From Glycera tridactyla (taxonomy: Eukaryota), in contig OZ286462.1 in NCBI GenBank assembly GCA_965644265.1, forward strand, positions 23,436,001 through 23,500,000: a DNA stretch of 64,000 nucleotides. The letters are read 5' to 3'. How positions within the stretch are numbered: the first letter of the stretch is position 1; each line of letters starts with the position of its first letter. The notes beneath the pieces were generated by a model. That model was not told the origin of the DNA. It saw only the letters and a program-made list of their open reading frames with translations, and did no database searches. The position numbers were made by a program, and so were the translations under genes. Of this stretch, positions 26,160 through 39,655 are shown piece by piece.

Positions 26160-26425
26160 TAGACATCATCACCACCACAGTCGTCACCACCAGCATCACC
26201 ACAGTCGTCATTGTTGCCATTGCCGCTGCCACTGCCATCAACATTGTTATCATTTTCTTTGTTGTTGTCATCATCTATTTCCCCTTCCTCTTCCCCTTTT
26301 TCTTTTTCTTCTTCTTTTTTTTCTCCTGTCCTCATCTTTCTGCTATATCACTCTATCACGTTTCATCCCATTGGAGACTTGTCATCGTCATTGTTGTTGT
26401 CATCATCATCATCATCATCATCATT
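26160..26425. repeat. Compound trinucleotide low-complexity tract (CAC/CAT/GTT/CTT)
   Basis: Direct reading; explains the overlapping spurious ORFs. Confidence 0.9.
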
Positions 26426-27869
26426 CACGTCCTCCTCCTCTTGCTTATACACCTCCACCTACTTTTCTGTATTCTTCTTTTCTTGTCTTTCGTGATAGTT
26501 TTTCAACTACTTCATCTTCACTACTGCTGTGATCGTTGTCACTATGACTGCTACCTCTGACCTCATTCTCATCCTCGTTGCAATGTGGTATTTATGGGGC
26601 TTGGGCATGACCATAAATGAAACATCATCTTCAACAAATGCCAAAAAATCCACAGGATCCACATCATAGTTGAAGATGAAACAGTCCTGAGAGGTAAATA
26701 ATGTAAAGAAGCCCGTCACCAGACCACCCTAGATACAACAGTAATTGGTCCTATGAAATAGGTGGTCTATGTAAGAAGCCAATAGGAATCTGACTGAGGA
26801 GAGTGGAAATCCCAAAGAGGTAGTCTATCGCCAGGGGCTAAATTCTTGCTGCTTAAATGTATGCTGTGATCAAACATTTCCTTGGAGGTTGTCAAACAGA
26901 ACATGACATGGTCTCTCCATGTCCTTAGGAGATAAAATCAGCCTGTCCTTCATCCTCACTTCACTGATGACAGGCAGAAGCAGGCATCTGTATCTGATGG
27001 CTAAGTGTGTGCATCTTGGAGTGACACTCGATCCACAAGTACCAGCATCTTCCCTGCATCCTCTCAGCTGCGGCAGCAACCATGATGGCAGTATCACCAT
27101 CCATCATCGCCATGGCAGCCGATGACTCATATCAGTTGTGTGTCGTCAAGTGATATACGCAGACGGTTTTTGTCGATATCGATTTTTTGAAATCCTTACA
27201 GAAATGTCTAATGGTATTTGATTACTGGCTCAGCTAACTCCGGGAAAATTACTCACATCTAATCCTGCTGATAAGATTAAATCCCTGTTGGACAGGGCCA
27301 CATGATGATTGTCCCACAGATCACGCAAAAAACTTCCTCTCTCCATTCAGGAGAGTACACTGGAAAATACATTGCCCTGAAAATATTTTCATATACCCAT
27401 GACCATTTTTGTATGAAATAGGGCATGTTTCCAGTAGAGGCAAGGCTAGACAGTGGCATTCTGTTTTTTACAGTGTATCTATATTATTCTCACTAGCTCA
27501 GGAAATATATTTCTTGCGTGACAAATATGACTTGCCAATGAGATACATAAACAGAACGACATGCATATGTGATACGAGAGCTGGTATCGGAAGGCCGGCG
27601 GACAGGGCAAATTTGACCACTCTGCTGAATCCATGGAATAGTGAATCTAATTACACAAGAGTAACATAATGCTAGCTTCTCACTTGTTTGATGATATCTT
27701 CGAGATAAAAGCAATGCTCTACCAAGTGAGGTTGGAATTGAGTTATCATGGTCACTTGCATGGCTGCGGGACATCACACAAGCTTCACAATTGTGTGATC
27801 TCCAAGCCAATTCAACTTATTAGTATCTCCACTCTTCAAACAGATTCAATGAGATATGTTCAGCTTCTA

Positions 27870-28412
27870 AAGCTACCTTTACATAGGGCCTGCAACTGAC
27901 GGTGACTGATGGCGATCGTGAAATCGTCATAGATTGCCACCAATCGTCAATGATCGCCTTCAAATCGTGAGTGGTCGCCATCGATCTGCAGCGATCTCCG
28001 AGCTTGGCGGAAGTTTTGAAATGTTCAAAATTTTCGCCATCGATCGCCATCTGTAGAGACAATCCTCACCGGAGGTGAGCTGTCATAGACGGTTGTAGTG
28101 CTTCCGCCATTTATTGTAGCCTGTTGCCTGTGGTCGCCTGTGGTCGCCTGTGGTCTCCCGTCGTCGCCTGTGGTCTCCTGTCGTCACCTGTGGTCGCCTA
28201 TCGTTGCCTTGACGACTGACGCCAAAAATCGTCAAAACACCTTCGTTGATCCCCTATGAACGTGTCAAATTGTCGTGAAATGTAGACAATCGTCACGAGG
28301 CACCAGCAATATCATGAGAAAAAACGTGAAGTGTCGCGACCGCCTACGATTTCACGTAAAAAAACCATCGCAGGTGGTCGTCAACTGGCGCAGCCCAATG
28401 TAAAGGTAGCTT
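27870..28412. mobile_element. Non-autonomous TIR element (PIF/Harbinger-like MITE) with internal decamer array
   Basis: TIRs AAGCTACCTTTACATAGGGC ... GCCCAATGTAAAGGTAGCTT (one mismatch), flanked by TA on both sides. Internal (GCCTGTGGTC)n at ~28134-28200; CpG-rich. The superfamily call is tentative. Confidence 0.75.
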
Positions 28413-29044
28413 TACAGAAACAATGCCAGTAACAGAACGATTCACCTTGTGAGAGTCAATTCCAGCGATATTACATGACATCAAAACTTTGATGAGATGA
28501 AAGATAAAGGAACTACCTTCATAGGGAGCACCCCTATTTGGTTGGCATCATGAAGAATACCTCTGACGAGAGACCACCTCTTTTAAGAGACCATTAATCT
28601 CCTAGCATGTTTAATTGCATACACCTGTTTCGATCAATTTTCTTCACAGGAGTATTTATATTATCCTATCCAATAAGGCATAGTCAACTGACGTAGGACC
28701 GTAATGTATTTGCTCCACCAACTAATGAATGTTTACAAATGCTACTGTTAGTATTGTAACACAGCCTAGCTCCGCAGGATCAACAGTCAACAGTGGAGCA
28801 ATGCACACTGCTGATAGGTTTTCATAATTGTCAAACAAGAATATCGGCATTTGGACGTAAAACATTGGCAACAATAGGTGCCGCAGACTGATGGTGTTAA
28901 GCCAATGTGGTGTGACCAGTCAATAGGATGACTCATCCGCTTCAGCAATCTAAATAGTGACCTTCTCTCACACTGTCGAGCTGCTATTCCTAGATATATA
29001 TGCTTGGGTGCATGCACACACCACACACACAAGAATACAACATA

Positions 29045-29046
<2 letters not shown>

Positions 29047-29103
<57 letters not shown>
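29047..29103. repeat. (CA)n microsatellite
   Basis: Direct reading. Confidence 0.98.
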
Positions 29104-29106
<3 letters not shown>

Positions 29107-29904
29107 ACAAGCACACACACCTAGCAGAATTCACACCGAGTTTGGTATTAACGTTTTACTTCACGGACATATATTCTCGCATTTATCACATGTAGTAGGT
29201 GATAATAAATGTCTCATTCAACAAGATGAGATGTATTCCAGTTATAGCAGTTTGAAAAATAAATATCCCTTCAATCTCTGTTTGAAATCCCCTGTGCGTT
29301 CTAGCTAGGGTAGAAGTTGGTCTGCTGTTCTGTGGTAGCAGCAAAAGTATGATTTGTTTGATGACCTTGGTAGGGCTGGCCGACCTTGGAGACAGATACG
29401 ATTGTCCACAGACAGACTGCAATGCTCATCCGCTGACAAATTTTTAGTAATAAGATGTCAACTGGTGCTCATCCCACCCGAGGGAGAACCGTGATTAATC
29501 TATCAAATACTTCATCAAGGCTGCAGCTCTACCAGCCTTTGCTGCACTTAAGGGGTCTAGACAGTTAGCGGAAAAGTCAACATATGTGTTACGGTATATA
29601 TTGTATTCTGCAAATAGATGCCCCACTTCTTCTGAAGCCAACAAAATTGAAACTGAATAGATGAGGGCCGCATATCTCAAAATAAATAAATCCTGGCATT
29701 TCACCATGTATTTCACACTAATTGCCATAAAAGATGAGTGTATCATGCATTTGATAGGATGTGTTCAAATGTTCTCAGACACAGTATTCCATGATCTGCA
29801 CTGAAATAAGTTTCCATGTGCTTCCCCAAAAATGGAACAACTATAAGAACTTCTCATCAATGCAGATGCTGACCCATTCATGATATCAAAATATCACTCA
29901 ACTA

Positions 29905-30030
29905 CAGTCAAACCCTTGAGGGACCACCTCCCTATGAAGACCACCTATCAATAAAGACCACCCTGAGCTGAGCCTATAAAGGCCACTTCTTGATGCAACC
30001 AAAGGCAGTCTACATGGACAAATTTGATTG
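29905..30030. mobile_element. MITE, family B, internally deleted
   Basis: TA|CAGTCAAA...TTTGATTG|TA with GACCACC subrepeats. Confidence 0.65.
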
Positions 30031-30122
30031 TAATGGCAAAATAAAATCATCATCATTTCTTCATGATAATGATAAAAATGACAGCATCACCTTACATATC
30101 AGCCATTGAATATATGGGCATA

Positions 30123-30123
<1 letters not shown>

Positions 30124-30190
<67 letters not shown>
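30124..30190. repeat. (CA)n microsatellite
   Basis: Direct reading. Confidence 0.98.
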
Positions 30191-30194
<4 letters not shown>

Positions 30195-30453
30195 ACCTGT
30201 CCAATACATCTCCAGACACATCATACATAGTAGACCCACACACATATATGGACCCAGTGCATCAGCCTGTGCTAGCATCATTCAGAACCCCACAATCTGC
30301 CCCCCCCCCCCCCCCCCCCCCTCCCCCATTTCTCATCCTTGTCATCGACCCAAGCATGCAGCTGACATCATCAGTCACGGTTCAGTGCACTCACACGAGC
30401 AGCATCCGGGGCTCTCGATCATGTATCGATCTCAGTCTAGCCACCTGTACCAG

Positions 30454-30814
30454 GTTACCATGGAAACCAGGTGTCTATAATAAATGCCTGCCTCACCTAA
30501 TCTGCAATGCCAACTAGCTACCTGGGAGCATTCTATCAAATTTCAAACTGAATAAATCATACCATTATTTTTACTCTCCAAGTCAAAATTACCGTAATTC
30601 CCAAGAAATATTATCCAGGATGGAAAGTGAATGAAACCATAGTAATTTTTCATATTGGATCATGACTAGTATCTGGGGCTACAGAGATGGAGAGCCATGC
30701 AGACATGTCACAAGAGAGAAAAAGCAATCAAACACAAGTGAAATCTGACTCCTGTATGCAAACAATAGGACAGGAACTCATCCATGAGAAAAAAATACAG
30801 GTTGCCATGGTAAC
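30454..30814. promoter_or_regulatory. Pair of RFX X-box palindromes
   Basis: GTTACCATGGAAAC (30454) and GTTGCCATGGTAAC (30801). Confidence 0.5.
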
Positions 30815-31805
30815 ATGTGCATCTAATGAGGTGGTATTAAATGTTTGTTGACAGCTCAAGGATGATAAAGATTTGGCAGGTGAGAGAGGAGTACCGAGTT
30901 CCAGGGACTGGCCTGATTTCCCAGGGGTCATTGATAGTGGTGATTCACCATCACCGTACAGATAGCTGGGAATTAGTTCACCCATTGACCTCCAGTGCAG
31001 GCAGTAAATATATTTCCCAAGCCTAAAGCAACTCCTTGTTCGATGTACTGGGCTCTTTGAACAGCATTGTTATCACACTTCAGAATTAGATTCAGATTAG
31101 ATATGGTTGAATATGCCGCAAAAGTTGCTCTATAGTATTAGGGATGTAGGTAGAGGTGTTCACAGATTGTGAGCTAGTACCAATTAATGACCCCCATGAT
31201 TCCTTATCATCCAAAGTGGTGCTTGTTTTGGACAAGTTAACCAGATCTCATATATCTAGAGCACAGGACATATACATGGCAGCTTGAGTTGAAGCTTACC
31301 CCATTACACCCAAATCAACCAACCAACCAACACCAACTGATGCAGCAACCAACACACCAGCTGATCAGTGATGACACAGTTGCATGTAGCCTCCGGCAGT
31401 GCGGACAAGGGTCATGCATAAGTCAGGCTATGCATGAATGGTGGAGTCATTGAAAAGCAACTACCAGCTTGAATGTAAGTATTTGCTGGTAGCAATTGAG
31501 AATAAGCCTGGGTCATTCTCCAAATATTTACTGACGTTTATCTACTGGTGTATTTTTAAAAGAGACTTTGAGGCTGTGATTGAGTGAAAAAAGCAATGCT
31601 ACTGAGCTAAGGACTATTAAGAATACGATGTACTGGTAACCATGGCATCGAAATTGCCTTGGCCAGACTCAGCTTATACTTCTGTGCAAGAATTGAAATG
31701 CAAAAATACCTATCAGCATGACAGAAATTAAGATACCTGTACAACTTTCTAATATGTCTATAATTCACTTGAAAAATGGTACACTCTGTACAGATTGTCA
31801 ATGAT

Positions 31806-32250
31806 AAGATATAGGGTGTCCATGATAAGTCAGTGTTGTGGCTCTGAACAAGATACAGGGTGTCCATGATAAGTATGAGATGTGCCTCTGAACAAGATAT
31901 AGGGTGTCCATGATAAGTCAGTGTTGTGCCTCTGAACAAGATATAGGGTGTCCATGATAAGTCAGTGTTGTGCCTCTGAACAAGATATAGGGTGTCCATG
32001 ATAAGTCAGTGTTGTGCCTCTGAACAAGATATAGGGTGTCCATGATAAGTCAGTGTTGTGCCTCTGAACAAGATATAGGGTGTCCATGATGAGTCAGTGT
32101 TGTGGCTCTGAACAAGATACAGGGTGTCCATGATAAGTATGAGATGTGCCTCTGAACAAGATACAGGGTGTCCATGATAAGTATGAGATGTGGCTCTGAA
32201 CAAGATATAGGGTGTCCATGATAAGTATGTGTTGTGGCTCTAAACAAGAT
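31806..32250. repeat. 44-bp minisatellite, ~10 copies, two interspersed variants
   Basis: AAGATATAGGGTGTCCATGATAAGT(CAGTGT/ATGAGA)TGTGCCTCTGAAC. Confidence 0.96.
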
Positions 32251-32517
32251 ATAAGCAAGTTACAAATCTTTCAATTATTCACGCGGTTATCAGTCAGGAG
32301 TTGCCAAACAGGCAGGCAAGTAATGGAGACAAATTGGCCCTCAGTGTGGGGTGTGGGAGAACTGGGAAGCAAACGTGAATATCGCTATTCTGCTTATTTA
32401 TGTACTAGGGAATGACAGTGCCACTGGTAAAATATAACACCCATAACAACCAACATGAAAGTATCCAACATGAACAATTCCAGCTTAGTTTATCACTTGC
32501 AATATAGTCCTTGTCTT

Positions 32518-33080
32518 CAATTCAATTCAATCAAACTTTATTTAGCCTCGTGAACTTGTATACAGGACAACCACACTTTGCTCAAAAGGAGCATTTTTCG
32601 GCGGCCACGAGTTTTAGTACTTATCACAGAGTAATGGGTTAGTAATACAAGGATACTGTAGGATAAGAATATAGAAATATAGACATATATCTTACTATTT
32701 CCGGTGATTTTTGCTATAGCTGAATATTCCACCTTCTGAATAGCGAGATCTCTACCGTGCATTCCCATGGTTTCATTTCAACGCCACATTTGTTTGGCCG
32801 ACAAATACACGACTGTGAACCCAGTTTGCTCTTTCCAGTCTTCAATACGGTGGTGTATTTGCCTTATTCTCATGCAAATTACTTTTTTTATTTGAAGAAG
32901 GAGGTGCCTTACTTTCTTCCACGGCTTACGATAAATCCCCCGGAGAACATCGCCGACTTTGCCAACAGTCACCTCAAATATTTGCCGAATACTGCACAAT
33001 CTATCCCACTCCCACATCTGAACCCATGATCCACATAAACACAAATATAAAACCAGGCACATATTGCACAAGGAGGAAGA
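32518..33080 (-). mobile_element. Probable LINE 3' end with (ATTGA)n tail
   Basis: Minus-strand AATAAA followed by ttgattgaattgaattgaa. A similar tail arrangement occurs at ~63435-63540. The coding remnant was not confidently assigned. Confidence 0.35.
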
Positions 33081-35395
33081 GATCTCCCTGAATCTATGTG
33101 TAGCTAACATACACCACCCAACTGCAATTCAAATATATATGTCTTCAAAACAAATTAGGCATGTAGATAGATCTTCTCCGTGGCATTGAGGATTGAAGAC
33201 AATCCCATTTTCTAACCAAGAATATAATTACATTCAGCAAAGATTATAGGTTGTTTTGATTTCCTCATTGAGAATTCAAGTTTTCCATAGTATCTATCTA
33301 TAGGTTCAGGATCATGCATACTGGCAGGTAAAGTGAGCCTGAAGCATTTCTATGGTAATAGAGAAATAATACTTGATTCTGTGAGAAAATATTCCCCACC
33401 TATTTTTGTTGCACCACAAATATACCACTGCCCCCAGGGTAAGATATTTCTGAACATTCTAAATACCACAACTTCTCTCACTACACTGGAATATGATCCA
33501 GAGTTTCGTTGAATTTCATTTGTCATTACTTAATTTGTATATCAGATGTTTCTCAAATGAGTCTAGTACAAGAAATGCAAATTTGAATAGTATTTCCAGC
33601 TAGTGATTGTTTGTTGGTTGGGGTATCAACCCAAAGGATCATTAGTGTCATGCATTTCGTGATCTATAAAAGCCGGACCTCTGTCTCCTTCAGGCATCAC
33701 TCGCATAAAACCTAAACACGAGATCATGGGGAGTCAGGAAGGTTGTCAAGTGGAAGTAGCTGACTGTTCAGACACACCTTGATACATGTCACATGAACAC
33801 AAATAAATCTATCCACAGCATATCTAATTATGTAATCTGCACAGTCCATGCTGAACAAATATGACAAGAAAATGAAATAGACTTGTAGTGAACAGGGAAA
33901 GCTCCAAGCAGTTATAGTGATATCAGCATCAGCAGTTGTGGTAACAGTTCAAGAGATGCCAACTCCCAATGGTATCGATCACCACGGTATCAGCCTCCCT
34001 GCAAGAGGAGTGCATCACAGTTCACTGCACTCTCCATCATCTTGACATGATGACAGCCAGCCATCTATCTCTACCTGGCAACCACCAGCATCCAGCCATC
34101 CTCATCAGCCAGGATGCAGTGAATGTGATGGGGAATGCGATCTTGCAGGAACTAGTTTCGGAGAGCAGAGGTCCCCAGTCACCATCACGTCATTCTGGTC
34201 ACATGTTGTATACCCACCCTGCATCCCTCTACATTATGGACATCATGGTAATAACCCCATCCATAATGAATGTTACAAATGATGACAGGGTAATTGCGCC
34301 ATATTTCATCACTCTCACAGATGAGTGAAATGAATTTGAGCTAATGCTGACATGAGAGAGATCATGGGATAGAATACAGAACTAACTGTAACCCATGTGA
34401 AACTGGGGAACGAGATGACTGGTAATACTATGCCCAAAGATAAAGGACGTGCTGTTGCTGTGTGACATAAATAATGGCAGTCATCACTGAGAATATTACC
34501 CATATCACATTCAGGGCACCACAGTCATCTGCATCATTAGCGACCTACACAAAGAAGTACAGAGTGCATTTCCCATATTTGGTATATGTCAGGCACAAAA
34601 TCATGCACAAATCAACATTTTTCTGAACTGATTATAGCATTTCCAAAGGTTTCATCAATACCAGGCAAGGCTAAATCTGTGTTGAAATGAAGGAGTGGAC
34701 AAATCAAAATCAAACAAACAAACAAAACACAAAGAAATAAATGAGCACCCCAAAACAGACTTATGCCACAGCAAACTATCACCTCAACACCTGGGCATTA
34801 CTCTATGACCTGGGGCTCTGAGTAGGAACATGTATACAGACAGCAAAACCTGTGCTACGAGACATTGCAATCAATCCCACCAATGGTGGCAAAGTAATTT
34901 GTTGTATAAAATAATGAGATATTCATCATCTTACTTCTGTTTATAGGGCAGCAATTCAAAAACCTCAGACTGCAGATTGAACATGGAATGGTCCGACCTC
35001 ACCCCAGCCTTGCCTTGATTCAATGCCAATTTAATTACGGCTGGCCCCATTGCAGTCACAAGATCAGCAGTAGAGGTCACGCTCAGTGACCTCAACATAA
35101 TTTCACAGCCCTGACTTCAACTTCACATCCTGGTAGGGGAATGAACTACGCAGAATTCATATTACAGTACCTCCTGGACACCATCAATGGCCACTGCATG
35201 GTTACCAAGCAGTATTGGGAACAATAACATTATGGTAGAATCGAATGAAGTGTTATTTGTGAATGTAAAGTAAGGCTAGAAAGTGATGAGGATGCACAAG
35301 TGAACTGAATTTGTGAACTGACCTTTCATTGACTTTAATTATTGAATGGCAACAGTCAGGTGATCATTCATCTGACCTAGATTGTATTGCACCCC

Positions 35396-35665
35396 ATTGC
35401 AAATACTACAGTATGTTCAGTATTAATTGTGACACCTGTATTGTTTACATTGCAAATACTACAGTATGTTCAGTATTAATTGTGACACCCATATTGTTTA
35501 CATTGCAAATACTACAGTATGTTCAGTATTAATTGTGACACCTGTATTGTTTACATTGCAAATACCACAGTATGTTCAGTATTAATTGTGGCGCCTGTAT
35601 TGTTTACATTGCAAATACTACAGTATGTTCAGTATTAATCGTGACACCTGTATTGTTTACATTGC
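35396..35665. repeat. 53-bp minisatellite, 5 copies
   Basis: ATTGCAAATACTACAGTATGTTCAGTATTAATTGTGACACCTGTATTGTTTAC. Confidence 0.96.
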
Positions 35666-35763
35666 TTGTTTGTTCATTTGGTTGTTTTAACTGATAGATT
35701 TTAATTCGGCCTAGAATCACTCTCAGGGACTGGGTAGATCTGATCTCCTCATTGCTGCTGTCA

Positions 35764-35940
35764 TAGTGAAACCTGCAATCCGAGACTGTCCTAAATGTCA
35801 CCGAAAAGTAGTCTCTAGAAATATGTGGTCACTCGTCAGAGGTATATCCGATTATGCCGAATAAAAAAGCTGCCCTGAAAAAGTGGTCATCTGTCAGAGG
35901 CGGTCTCTTGTTTGGGGGTCTCTCGTTGTAGGCCTCACTG
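35764..35940. mobile_element. MITE, family A
   Basis: TAGTGAAACCTGC...GGCCTCACTG with a diverged family A core. Confidence 0.65.
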
Positions 35941-37343
35941 CACAATTATTGTTGAGAGAGAGGTATGCTCTGATTGAGTCTAACAGGTGGCTCCCTCATG
36001 CTTGCACTGTCCTGTTCGCAAGATGATATTGCTTGTGGCAGATCCCAGATGATCATAGATGCATCTAAAAGATGGCATGGGAGCATATCATATACATTTC
36101 ATTGGGTGCGACCCTCTTTTCAAAGTAATTAGGGGCCATGATGCTAACTCAAATCACTCAGTGAGAGGCTTGATTGATTAGTACGGTTGCAGTGAGTAAA
36201 AAACCCACGTTGGAATTCTTGGATGCAATCCTGGGTTTGTGGACCCCTGCCTAATCACCATCATCAATTAGGAACCATCATTTTCAGCTCTCAAATAGGC
36301 ACCCACACTGTCACTCTGCCCTGGTGATGTGTAACTCAACCATGGCTAGCTCAATAGTGGTCAGGTATTCTGAATTTATGCAGCTGTATTCAGTTAGTAC
36401 AGTTGGCCAGCTGTCCTCATGCCTTCAATGTGGTCACCCATCCAAATTACTAATGATTACAACAGTCACTCGACATTTGGGTCAGAAGTGGAGACACTAT
36501 GCCTACACCACGTGTCTCCCATACAGACTTCCACAGACCAAAGAAAACAATCTACAAGCCAACATTTTCAAAATATCTTGACTACCATTTTTTGAAATGA
36601 TCTGCCTTCTTTGACTATACATTAAACTTTTCTTTTAGAAAATGAACCAAAAAGTAGGTGTCATATTGGCTGCATGGAGATAAGTGTAGTGATTATGTTC
36701 ACAATGGGTCCCATCCACATACAGGGGCTGTGAAAAGGAATACTGGAACATGGGCTGCCATCGTGTCAACACAACTACACTATCATTTCTATACCATGAA
36801 TTTGACTGTCTCAGTGCATTGAATTAGGTCACTTCCGACAACACAGACAGATGACAAGCAAGAATGACAATGAGGAGTGCCCTCAAGTTCATGACATAAA
36901 CCAAGCAATTATTGTTAATGTTTGTGTTGAACAAATTAAAATGTTCTCTTTTTGCTTCACATGACAGTCTGTGCTGGATTTCCCCTGAGCATATTAAAAA
37001 ATACCTATATTCACCCTTTTTTAAGGGGTTGGGTGGTTGGCATAATAACATGACGTAATGACAACAAGAGTTTCATTTATGTGTCTGTCAGTTCATCCTC
37101 CTATCCATCCATTCATCCGTTCTTCACATCCTATTCTGCCCCCCCCCCCCCCCCACTCCACTTGAAGAGTGAGAAACATCTCCTCCATCTCCTCCATCTA
37201 TTCATTTCTCAATCCAATGGTAGTCCATGTATTTGTCCTTTAAAGCCTCTATTTGAATATTATTGTTTGTTAATGAATCCATCTATCTCTAATCCCAAAC
37301 TTGAAGTGAATACATACAAGATCAGAGGATGTGGGACCAGGAG

Positions 37344-37895
37344 GAGCAGGGGCAGGGGCAGGGGCAGGAGCAGGAGCAGGAGTAGGGGCAGGAGCAGGAG
37401 CAGGAGCAAGAGCAGGGGCAGGAGCAGAGGCAGGGGCAGGGGCAGGAGCAGGAGCAGGGACAGGTGCAGGAGCAGGGGCAGGAACAGGGGCAGGGGCAGG
37501 GGCAGGAACAGGAGCAGGGGCAGGAGCAGGAGCAGGGGCAGGAGCAGGGGCACGAGCATGGGGAGCAGAAGACCAGAGGGGCGGCAGAGGGGAAAAGGAA
37601 GAAGAGGAGGAGAATAGCAGGGGAGAAGGAGGCGGGAAAGAAAGTAGAGGTTCAACAGAAGGATAAAGAGGGAAGAGGAGGAGAAGGAGGGAAACAAAGA
37701 GGAGGTTGAATAGGAGGATAAGGAGAGGCAAGATAGAAGAGGAGCGGAAGGGAAAGGGGAGGAGAATGAGGAGGAGAAAGAGGGGCAGAAGCAGGATAAG
37801 GAGTAGGAGGAGGAATAGGAAGAGAGGGGAGGAGGAGGAGGAACAGAAGGGAGGAGGAGGAGGAGGAGGAGGAGGAGGAGGAGGAGGAGGAGGAG
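37344..37895. repeat. (GCAGGR)n hexamer array followed by a purine-rich tract and (GGA)n
   Basis: About 35 GCAGGA/GCAGGG units (37344-37555), then GA-rich sequence. Confidence 0.95.
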
Positions 37896-38015
37896 ACATG
37901 GACTATACCAAGCTCTTATATTGATTGAGGTGGTGAACTGTGCTGATGCATGTCATGCCATATTCATGTGCGGCTGAGCCCGGTGCTGACTTGATTTATA
38001 TACAGTCATCTGAGT

Positions 38016-38046
<31 letters not shown>

Positions 38047-39229
38047 GGCAGTATGAGATGCTCCAAACATGGGCTTGGGCATTCAACACATTTCTTGGAC
38101 CTGCTACTTGTGTATCACCTCACTGACATGAATCAAAACAAAATGTGTATAGAGCCAGGGCCAGATATCATGAAACCATGAGAGCTGAGCAACACTACAT
38201 TGTTAGGGCTTGCTTCATAGCTGCTCACCATGCATACCTTTTCATAGAACTCAGTGGCAGAGCAGTGATGTGTGGCCTTTTAAAAGATAAGGGAAACCCT
38301 GGGATATAGATCCAAATACACAAAATGACTCCAGTCATAAATTGTATAAAAGGTATGTTCAATTCATTCGACTTGAATGAGTTCATATAAGTTAACCAGA
38401 ATCATGGACGATACCTGGATGGCCACTTGTATGAGCTTAATGTTTTTGAACAGGCAAGAATTTTGTAGCAGTTGTCACACAGTACCAGTGGGCAGTAGTT
38501 TTATGGATTAGTGGTGTTAAACAGGAAGTTAATCACACAAAAGGGAAAAGTCAGTAGAACATGTGCAAGAAATTCCAGAATATTAGATGGAAATCTCTTA
38601 AACAATTACATGTATATCTGCTTTGGGCAACTTTGAATGTAACTTGGGGATATTTCTACAATGTTTTTCTGTCAGTCTCACGCCTGTATTCTCTATTCAT
38701 AAGGTTGCAATTTTGGGAGAAAATTGGTCATGGATTACAGCAATATTTGGTTCACCAATTCATGGGAGAATATTACAGAGGTACAGCACATTGAAAGAGC
38801 ACACCTGAAGATTATGAATTGGCTTTGTAGAGGAATCACAGAAAGAAATAAGAAAACTCGGCAAATCTATGGAGGGAGTACAAAAAGTTGATGCCTGGAC
38901 ATGGAACACATGACTCACCACTATCTGAAATAAATACGAAAATAATTTTTTAATGTGCTCAGGAATTGGTTGAGGAATTTGTTAGCATGAGCGCCCCCCC
39001 CCCCCCCCCCCCCCCCTCCCCCACCTGTCACTCCACATTGTTGATGATGACCTCATTTGTTGAATCAAAATACTTGATGCTGCATTATCTTGATATGTAT
39101 GGAAAGTGGTTGGTTTAAAACTTATTCTCCCTGCATGTCTCCAAAATGAGAGGCATGGCCATGAATATAAATGGAGAAAAACATTCAATTCATGGATCAT
39201 GTTCATGAACTATTTCATGAAATATTGAA

Positions 39230-39655
39230 CCCACTTGTGAATTTGAGTAACTTGATATAATTTTGCACATAAACTCGTCATTCAATTATAAAGTTGATGT
39301 GACTAATCAAAGCAATGGATTCGTGCCATTGCCAGAGAAAGACCAAGGAGAATATTCTTCAGTAATACTTATGGGAACCACAGTAGAATCATTTCATTCC
39401 ATGCACAACTGGCAGATTTGAATATCACATTGCATGTCTAATTTATAAAAGTCAAAAAGATCTAACACCCATGTCTATCAACATTATTTCAGTGATGAAT
39501 CGGAACTTGAATATCTCAAACAGACGGCTGGGTTTTAGTACAAAAGCATTCAGCAACCAGGGTGCAAGCTTATGGAACACCTGAAACCTAGAAATCAAAA
39601 ACTCACCGATCATAACATCTTTTGAAAGAAATTGCAGAAAGAAATTATTTTCACA
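39230..39655 (+). mobile_element. Degenerate 3' fragment of a LINE related to the 46.6-49.9 kb element
   Basis: Translates to GRFEYHIACLIYKSQKDL...NRRLGFSTKAFSNQGASLWNT*NLEIKNSPIITSFERNCRKKLF, which aligns by eye with the intact ORF2 C-terminus (DRFKYQAACLIFKSKNDM...NRRLGISTRAFSYQGAKVWNNL...). Confidence 0.8.

Noticed and set aside
26113-26560. His/Ile/Ser-rich overlapping ORFs
   Set aside because: Compound trinucleotide repeats.
15955-35665. Regular arrays as CRISPR-like loci
   Set aside because: Head-to-tail tandem units with no unique spacers, eukaryotic context, no cas genes.
37081-37924. Several long ORFs (up to 209 aa) on both strands
   Set aside because: Stop-free read-through of hexamer and purine repeats; no splice or homology support.
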